A DNA stretch of 32,000 nucleotides, taken from Candidatus Babelota bacterium. Its GTDB lineage: Bacteria > Babelota > Babeliae > Babelales > Vermiphilaceae. Each line of letters begins with the position of its first letter. The stretch's first letter is position 1. Position numbers and translations under genes: made by a program. Where the stretch lies: contig JBDHVY010000001.1 of NCBI GenBank assembly GCA_039809905.1, positions 540,001 to 572,000 of the forward strand, written 5' to 3'. Positions 27,162 through 32,000 of the stretch are shown here, one piece after another. Below the pieces are notes generated by a model. The model had not been told where the DNA came from and did not search any database. It saw only the letters and a program-made list of their open reading frames with translations.

Positions 27162-28457
27162 ATGAAACATATTTTTTTATTAGAAGTTATCAAAAAATTA
27201 GCTCATTTCTTATTTCAGCTCATTCCTTGCTGCGCTCGCCCTGAACTTGTTGAAGGGTATCCTTACGAGCGCTCGAAGATACCCTTCAACAAGTTCAGGG
27301 CGAGCGGGAGAATAAAATTAAAGACTTTAGATAATTCTGAATACTCAAAAAAAATCCTATTGAGAACATTATTAATCAATATGGTATTATTTAGCTGTGT
27401 TTTTATTAACATCTACGCTGAGGAAACTCCTGCCTATTATAGCGAAAATATCGATACTATTAGCGATGTTATGCAAGAAGTTGGCGATACAAATGTTTCC
27501 GCTCAAGAGAATCCTACACATCATAACGAATCAATTAATACTGGCGACGAGATTGTTGAAGATTTTAGCAATCGAGCAAACCAAAAAATTGGACCCAGTG
27601 CTATCACCTATAAATTAAACGGAGGGCGATTTGGTGATAATTTGGTTTCGTATTGCAAAGCAAAATTGCTTTCTCTATTATTTGATGTTCCATTGCTTTA
27701 TATGCCTTTCCCTTATTCCGATGAATTAATGATTCATCATAATGAAAAAATGTATACGCAAGAACAACACAAGCAATTTTATGCCACCGTACAATTAATT
27801 AAAAAGCCTCCCTACATCCTTTCAAAAAATAACAATACTCTTTATATCTCTCGCTGGAAAACAGAGATTACTATTGATTGGTCTGATCAGAACTTTTTAG
27901 AAGAAATAAAAAAAAATATTGCTCCGATCAACGAGCTTGAAAAAGTTATTATCCCTGAAGATTGTATTTCTGTTGCCGCACACGTACGCAATGGTGGAAG
28001 CTTTGCGGCAGATACTGCGCAAGAAAAAGAACGTTGCCCATTACGCTTTGTCCCCGAAGAATTTTTTATTGATCAAATACAACGAATCACTGAAATGTTT
28101 CCTGAAGGCAACATTTATGTTTATATTTTTACCGATCATGCAAAACCAAAAAAATTAATGAAAAAATTTAAAAATGCTCTTAATAATCCCCGCATTACTT
28201 TTGATTGCAGAATAGAAGGCAATAGTCACAAAGATAATGTTTTGGAAGACTTTTTTTCTATGATGGATTTTGATTGTCTCATTCGTCCTGGATCACATTA
28301 TTCACGTTTTGTGCAAAGACTTGGCAATAACAAAGTAGTGATTTTTCCCGAAAGTGTTAAAGAAATTAACGGGAAAAAAGTAATTGATACCATTAAGATA
28401 AAAACGCGACAAAGTAGCAGTGAAAAATGGAAAACACAAAAGATCATTATTGCATAA
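27162..28457 (+). CDS. Putative glycosyltransferase, fucosyltransferase-like motifs; start uncertain
   Basis: AAHVRNGGSF (cf. the HxRRGDY motif of GT11), YVYIFTDHAKP, EDFFSMMDFDCLIRPGSHYSRF. The long form starts at ATG 27162 (SD aaaggg) and reads through the palindrome. The signal-like segment LLRTLLINMVLFSCVFINIYA lies downstream of it, where the next in-frame ATG is 27381. Confidence 0.45.
   Translation: MKHIFLLEVIKKLAHFLFQLIPCCARPELVEGYPYERSKIPFNKFRASGRIKLKTLDNSEYSKKILLRTLLINMVLFSCVFINIYAEETPAYYSENIDTISDVMQEVGDTNVSAQENPTHHNESINTGDEIVEDFSNRANQKIGPSAITYKLNGGRFGDNLVSYCKAKLLSLLFDVPLLYMPFPYSDELMIHHNEKMYTQEQHKQFYATVQLIKKPPYILSKNNNTLYISRWKTEITIDWSDQNFLEEIKKNIAPINELEKVIIPEDCISVAAHVRNGGSFAADTAQEKERCPLRFVPEEFFIDQIQRITEMFPEGNIYVYIFTDHAKPKKLMKKFKNALNNPRITFDCRIEGNSHKDNVLEDFFSMMDFDCLIRPGSHYSRFVQRLGNNKVVIFPESVKEINGKKVIDTIKIKTRQSSSEKWKTQKIIIA
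27233..27306. repeat. GC-rich perfect palindromic element (MITE/RPE-like), 29-bp arms
   Basis: CGCTCGCCCTGAACTTGTTGAAGGGTATC (27233-61) is the exact reverse complement of GATACCCTTCAACAAGTTCAGGGCGAGCG (27278-306). The 16-nt spacer contains the palindrome CGAGCGCTCG. Confidence 0.9.
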
Positions 28458-28460
28458 ATA

Positions 28461-30593
28461 TCATTGTGGCTTTTTACCTAACCACGCTTTAGCTGTTGCT
28501 ATCCAGCGATTGATAAAATCTGGCAATATCACCGAATCAGAAGCTGGTAGTATATCTAATGGTTCTGATAATGATGGATATTCACCCAAAGATGGTGTAG
28601 GGGGTAACGTTGATGGCAATGACTCATAAGCAAGCGATTCTGATGGTAATGAAGATGACCACAATAGATCAGACAATAATTTTTTGATACTTTCTGGAAA
28701 GAAGTCTAAATTTTGATTTCCTATAGGATTTGCTCCCAAACACATTTGATAGAGAGGCATTAGTAAATTCCAATCGTAATTATTTATCTGTTTCAAGATT
28801 TGATCTTCTTCATCAGTTAATAAAGTCCATAAGGTTAAATTGCATCTCGAATCAGCCAGCCATGATCTGTCAGGAATACTCGTTGTAACCAATTTCTTGC
28901 CGTCATGGCTCCAAGCCACTGAAGTATAGTAAAAATCTTTAGATTCTGGAATTGTATAATGTGTTATATGATCATAATCACTTATATTCCAAAATAGAAT
29001 CCGATTACCATTATTTTCATAGTTTATAGAAACCATTGTACTGCTATCAGGACTGAAAGCTATAGCATTACTATTATATCCAAGTTCTAATTGGAAAATC
29101 TTAGGCAATCTCCAGAAATTTTCTTGCTGCTTTATGAGGTTTTTATGAGTTATGTTATTCCTGTCATCAATATCCCACAAAATAAGACTCCGCTCAGACA
29201 GCGGATTAGTTCCTCTTTCTCCATCATCGCCATGTGAGACAATTTTTGTTGTATCTGGACTAAATTTTACTTCATACACATTCGGCTGAGCAGTAAGGCC
29301 TATTGCCTGCAAAGTAGATACATCCCATATTTTCACATTTTTCTCATCACCCATTCCTCCTGAAACAACCTCCGTCGAATCAGCATTAAATGCCATGCAA
29401 TTAACAAGTCCCTTATAATTTCCTATAAATTTTTTGATTGTTCCTTCACGTCTATCAGTATGTATCTCGGTCATAGTAATATTGTCTCCTTTAGCAAAGG
29501 AACTGACTAATATTTTGGTACCATCTGGACTAACTACCACAGACCGAACTATTGCACCTTCAAGTTTCTTTACTTTCAAATCATCTTTTTTGGATAAATA
29601 GCCTTGGCTTCCAATCATTATTTTCAATTCACCAACAGAATTCAGGTAAATAAGAGATTGGTCATCAGAAGGAATAGTTACCGACACAACAGATTCAGCT
29701 CCCTCAAAAGAAAATAATTTTTTACCTGTTAAATCACATATAGTAAGATATTCGCGAACATTTCTAGGAGTGAATTTATGTCCAAAGATAATCTTAGAAT
29801 CATCTGCACTAAACATTGCGCAGGTAAAATATTCATTGTTTTTCTGCATTTTTTCTGAGACTATTATTTTTTTTCTTTTTTGCGCATACTTTTGAATAAT
29901 CAGGTCTTTTAACCATTGCTTAATTGGTCCAACCACTAATAATTTTTGTACATCAACGTTCAGCTCTGCAAATTTATCATCTCTGATGATGTTATTATTT
30001 TCGTATACTCTTTTTTTTATTTCAGCATACATTGCTTCTTCAATAGTTCGACCACAGCTTAAGAATTTAATACAATCAATAGCATCAATAAGTCGACCTA
30101 ACGAATATTTTTCTATGATGCTTGTTATGTTATTTTTTTGTGACAATGTATCTTGACCCTCAAGATATTGCGTAAAAATAGCATAAATATCTTTAATCAC
30201 TCTATTAGAATAAGAAAGCGGAATTTCAATCTTTTCCGATGAATCAGGACCTTCTATCATGTCTTTTAAAGTATCACTCACCTCAAGTACACGCTGCGAA
30301 AAATAAACTCCCTCAGATGAGAGCTCATTGGGATCACTTGAATACACAAAAATTTCATTGTTTTTAAATTCTGGCTGCACTTGTTTATCAACCGTTTCAA
30401 CGGACGATGCTTCTTTATTAAGTCTTTCAACAAAAGATGCTATCTCTTTCATTTGCCTCAATCGTAGATACTCAGGAAGAAGAGATTGAGGCAAAACTTC
30501 ATCATCTTTATTTTCCATTCCTGCGACATCACAGGAAACACATAACACAATTAAACACAGTAAATAGAACTTTTTATTGCTGAAATAATTCAT
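28461..30593 (-). CDS. WD40-type seven-blade beta-propeller protein with signal-like N-terminus and possible Skp1/BTB-POZ-like segment
   Basis: About 7 repeats of the pattern hxxhxFSPDxxxhh...h.hW (VKFSPDTTKIVSHG...LILWDI, IAFSPDSSTMVS...ILFWNI, VAWSHDGKKLVTTS...LTLWTL, etc.). N-proximal EVSDTLKDMIEGPDSSEKIEIPLSYSNRVIKDIYAIFTQY resembles Skp1/POZ. The GAGGA SD favours the ATG at 30593 (MNYFSNKKFYLLCLIVLCVS) over the TTG at 30605. Confidence 0.75.
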   Translation of the reverse strand: MNYFSNKKFYLLCLIVLCVSCDVAGMENKDDEVLPQSLLPEYLRLRQMKEIASFVERLNKEASSVETVDKQVQPEFKNNEIFVYSSDPNELSSEGVYFSQRVLEVSDTLKDMIEGPDSSEKIEIPLSYSNRVIKDIYAIFTQYLEGQDTLSQKNNITSIIEKYSLGRLIDAIDCIKFLSCGRTIEEAMYAEIKKRVYENNNIIRDDKFAELNVDVQKLLVVGPIKQWLKDLIIQKYAQKRKKIIVSEKMQKNNEYFTCAMFSADDSKIIFGHKFTPRNVREYLTICDLTGKKLFSFEGAESVVSVTIPSDDQSLIYLNSVGELKIMIGSQGYLSKKDDLKVKKLEGAIVRSVVVSPDGTKILVSSFAKGDNITMTEIHTDRREGTIKKFIGNYKGLVNCMAFNADSTEVVSGGMGDEKNVKIWDVSTLQAIGLTAQPNVYEVKFSPDTTKIVSHGDDGERGTNPLSERSLILWDIDDRNNITHKNLIKQQENFWRLPKIFQLELGYNSNAIAFSPDSSTMVSINYENNGNRILFWNISDYDHITHYTIPESKDFYYTSVAWSHDGKKLVTTSIPDRSWLADSRCNLTLWTLLTDEEDQILKQINNYDWNLLMPLYQMCLGANPIGNQNLDFFPESIKKLLSDLLWSSSLPSESLAYESLPSTLPPTPSLGEYPSLSEPLDILPASDSVILPDFINRWIATAKAWLGKKPQ

Positions 30594-30771
30594 ACGATTC
30601 CTCAATTAAACTCATTTAATTATCAAAATCCTATCAAGTATTTATCATAAGATATATTCAAAAAGAAAATCAATAAATCGTTTTTATAGTAAAAAACAGC
30701 TGAAAAGGTACTTGATTTCTTAAACAAAAAGAATATAGAGTTAGATCATATTTTAATCAAAAGGAATGCAT

Positions 30772-31533
30772 ATGCCTTATTATATGATAGAGTTGGCGAC
30801 CATATTGCTTATGTATCTTATAGGAATGGTTACATTGACGTGTTATAAAAAAGACACTAGCATTGGAAATTTCACCTGGGGTGGAGGAGTTTTACTGGTT
30901 TCTTTATATACTTTTTTTCGCATGAGTAGTTTTTTATTGCAACAAATACTCGTTACTGCTTTTATTGGAGCATGGGCAATCCGTCTTATCGCATACATAT
31001 ACATACGGTATACCGGCAATGATCCACGATTTGTTACCTGGAAAAAACAAGGAATTAAAGGACTTATTATAAACATCGTATGGATATTTGGTCAGATTAT
31101 CATGATTGCCATTATGAGTTACCCAATTGTATTAATTAATTTTTACAATAATCCTCATCCTTTTTCTATGTTTGATATGCTTGGACTTGCAATGTGGGTA
31201 TGTGGATACTATTGGGAAGCTGTTAGCGATCAACAATTATTTAATTTTATACGCAATCCACTCAATAAAGGTAAAATTCTTCAATCAGGTTTATGGCATT
31301 ATTCTCGTCACCCAAATTATTTTGGAGAAAGCCTGATGTGGATAGGAATTTATGTTCTTGCACTTTCAGTACCATATGGCTGGACTGCGTGTATTACTCC
31401 TATCACCATAACTTTTTTATTAAGATTTGTAACAGGTGTTCCTTTACTTGAAAATGCAATGAAAGATAATCCTGAATATCAAAAATATAAAGCAAAAACA
31501 AACACGTTTATTCCTTGGTTTGCCAAAGAGTAA
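30772..31533 (+). CDS. DUF1295-family (steroid 5-alpha-reductase/ICMT-like) polytopic membrane protein
   Basis: GLWHYSRHPNYFGESLMWIGIY is the characteristic DUF1295 motif. Multiple TM segments. SD aaagga favours the ATG at 30772 over 30766. Confidence 0.7.
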   Translation: MPYYMIELATILLMYLIGMVTLTCYKKDTSIGNFTWGGGVLLVSLYTFFRMSSFLLQQILVTAFIGAWAIRLIAYIYIRYTGNDPRFVTWKKQGIKGLIINIVWIFGQIIMIAIMSYPIVLINFYNNPHPFSMFDMLGLAMWVCGYYWEAVSDQQLFNFIRNPLNKGKILQSGLWHYSRHPNYFGESLMWIGIYVLALSVPYGWTACITPITITFLLRFVTGVPLLENAMKDNPEYQKYKAKTNTFIPWFAKE

Positions 31534-31570
31534 CAGTGCTTTTTAACCAAATATAAGCCAACAAGATTTA

Positions 31571-32000
31571 TTATTGTGATTTTTTTATCCAAAAGCTTTT
31601 AATTTTAGCTATCCAACGATTGATAAAATCAGGCAATATTATTGAAGAAGTATTTGGTAATAAATCCAATGGTGCATATAATGAATCTGGATCTGTTCGC
31701 TCTGATAGATCATCATCTAGACGTATTGGATCCGATGGCCATAATAAACCAGATAATAATTTTTTCATATTATTTGGCAGAAGGATTAAATCGTCATTTT
31801 TTAGAGGTTTTTCTGCTAAACAAAGTTGGTAGAGTAATCTCAACCAAGCTGGATTATAATTTTTCACATTATCCAAGAGTATTTTTTCTTCCTCGGTCAA
31901 TAACGTATATAATGTTATATTATAGGATAATTGAACTCCAGAAGTATTTGCTGTTATCAATTTTGTATCATCATGGCTCAGTGCTGCTGCTGAATAAAAA
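31571..32000 (-). CDS. WD40-propeller protein paralog, C-terminal part (continues beyond window end)
   Basis: The frame is open to position 32000. FYSAAALSHDDTKLITANTS...ITLYTLLTEEE aligns with YYTSVAWSHDGKKLVTTSIP...LTLWTLLTDEE of 28461..30593. The tail ...PLDLLPNTSSIILPDFINRWIAKIKSFWIKKSQ is shared. Confidence 0.8.
   Translation of the reverse strand, partial: FYSAAALSHDDTKLITANTSGVQLSYNITLYTLLTEEEKILLDNVKNYNPAWLRLLYQLCLAEKPLKNDDLILLPNNMKKLLSGLLWPSDPIRLDDDLSERTDPDSLYAPLDLLPNTSSIILPDFINRWIAKIKSFWIKKSQ

Noticed and set aside
28420-28629. Plus-strand ORFs antisense to the C-terminal modules of both WD40 paralogs (28420..28629 and 31620..31832) that resemble each other
   Set aside because: Their similarity simply reflects paralogy of the sense-strand genes. 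There is no start or SD support, and they are Ser/Gly/Asn-rich mirror translations.
21269-32000. Prophage, integrative element or transposon explaining the accessory block
   Set aside because: I recognised no integrase, transposase, phage structural gene or flanking tRNA/direct repeats in the window. The block may still be accessory, but mobility is unsupported.

Overview
AT-rich, densely coding bacterial chromosomal window (GC roughly one third by eye, not computed). Most genes have AAGGA/GGAG-type Shine-Dalgarno sites, and the organism looks diderm: a beta-barrel OMP ending in Phe and an OmpH/Skp-like chaperone. All family calls come from motif recognition by eye; no searches were run. The housekeeping backbone is secA (3' part), hisS plus a DUF1653 gene, a pfkB sugar kinase, a P-type cation ATPase, the Skp-like gene, pth and alaS. 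Accessory content sits between these genes. (1) A 990-aa signal-anchored coiled-coil protein carries a 405-bp in-frame tandem repeat. (2) Four paralogous, modular, signal-peptide proteins of unrecognised family lie in tandem (4977-8230), separated by duplicated intergenic modules whose hairpin shows a compensatory base-pair change. (3) A nucleotide-sugar/glycosyltransferase island (22070-28457: GT32-like, UDP-glucose dehydrogenase, GT2, DXD nucleotide-sugar transferase, fucosyltransferase-like) alternates strand at every gene, and every enzyme has an N-terminal signal-like hydrophobic segment. (4) Eukaryote-like repeat proteins are present: an ankyrin protein and two paralogous WD40 propeller proteins sharing a distinctive C-terminal module, one with a possible Skp1/BTB-like segment. 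(5) A perfect 29-bp-arm GC-rich palindromic element lies in frame in the 5' end of one glycosyltransferase ORF. (6) A GC-rich multi-hairpin island lies in the OMP/hisS divergent intergenic region. I recognised no rRNA, canonical tRNA, CRISPR array, transposase or integrase. The mix of orphan secreted proteins, ANK/WD40 proteins and AT-richness suggests a host-associated (amoeba-symbiont-like, e.g. Dependentiae/TM6-, Legionellales- or Chlamydiae-like) bacterium; this is an inference and is unverified.
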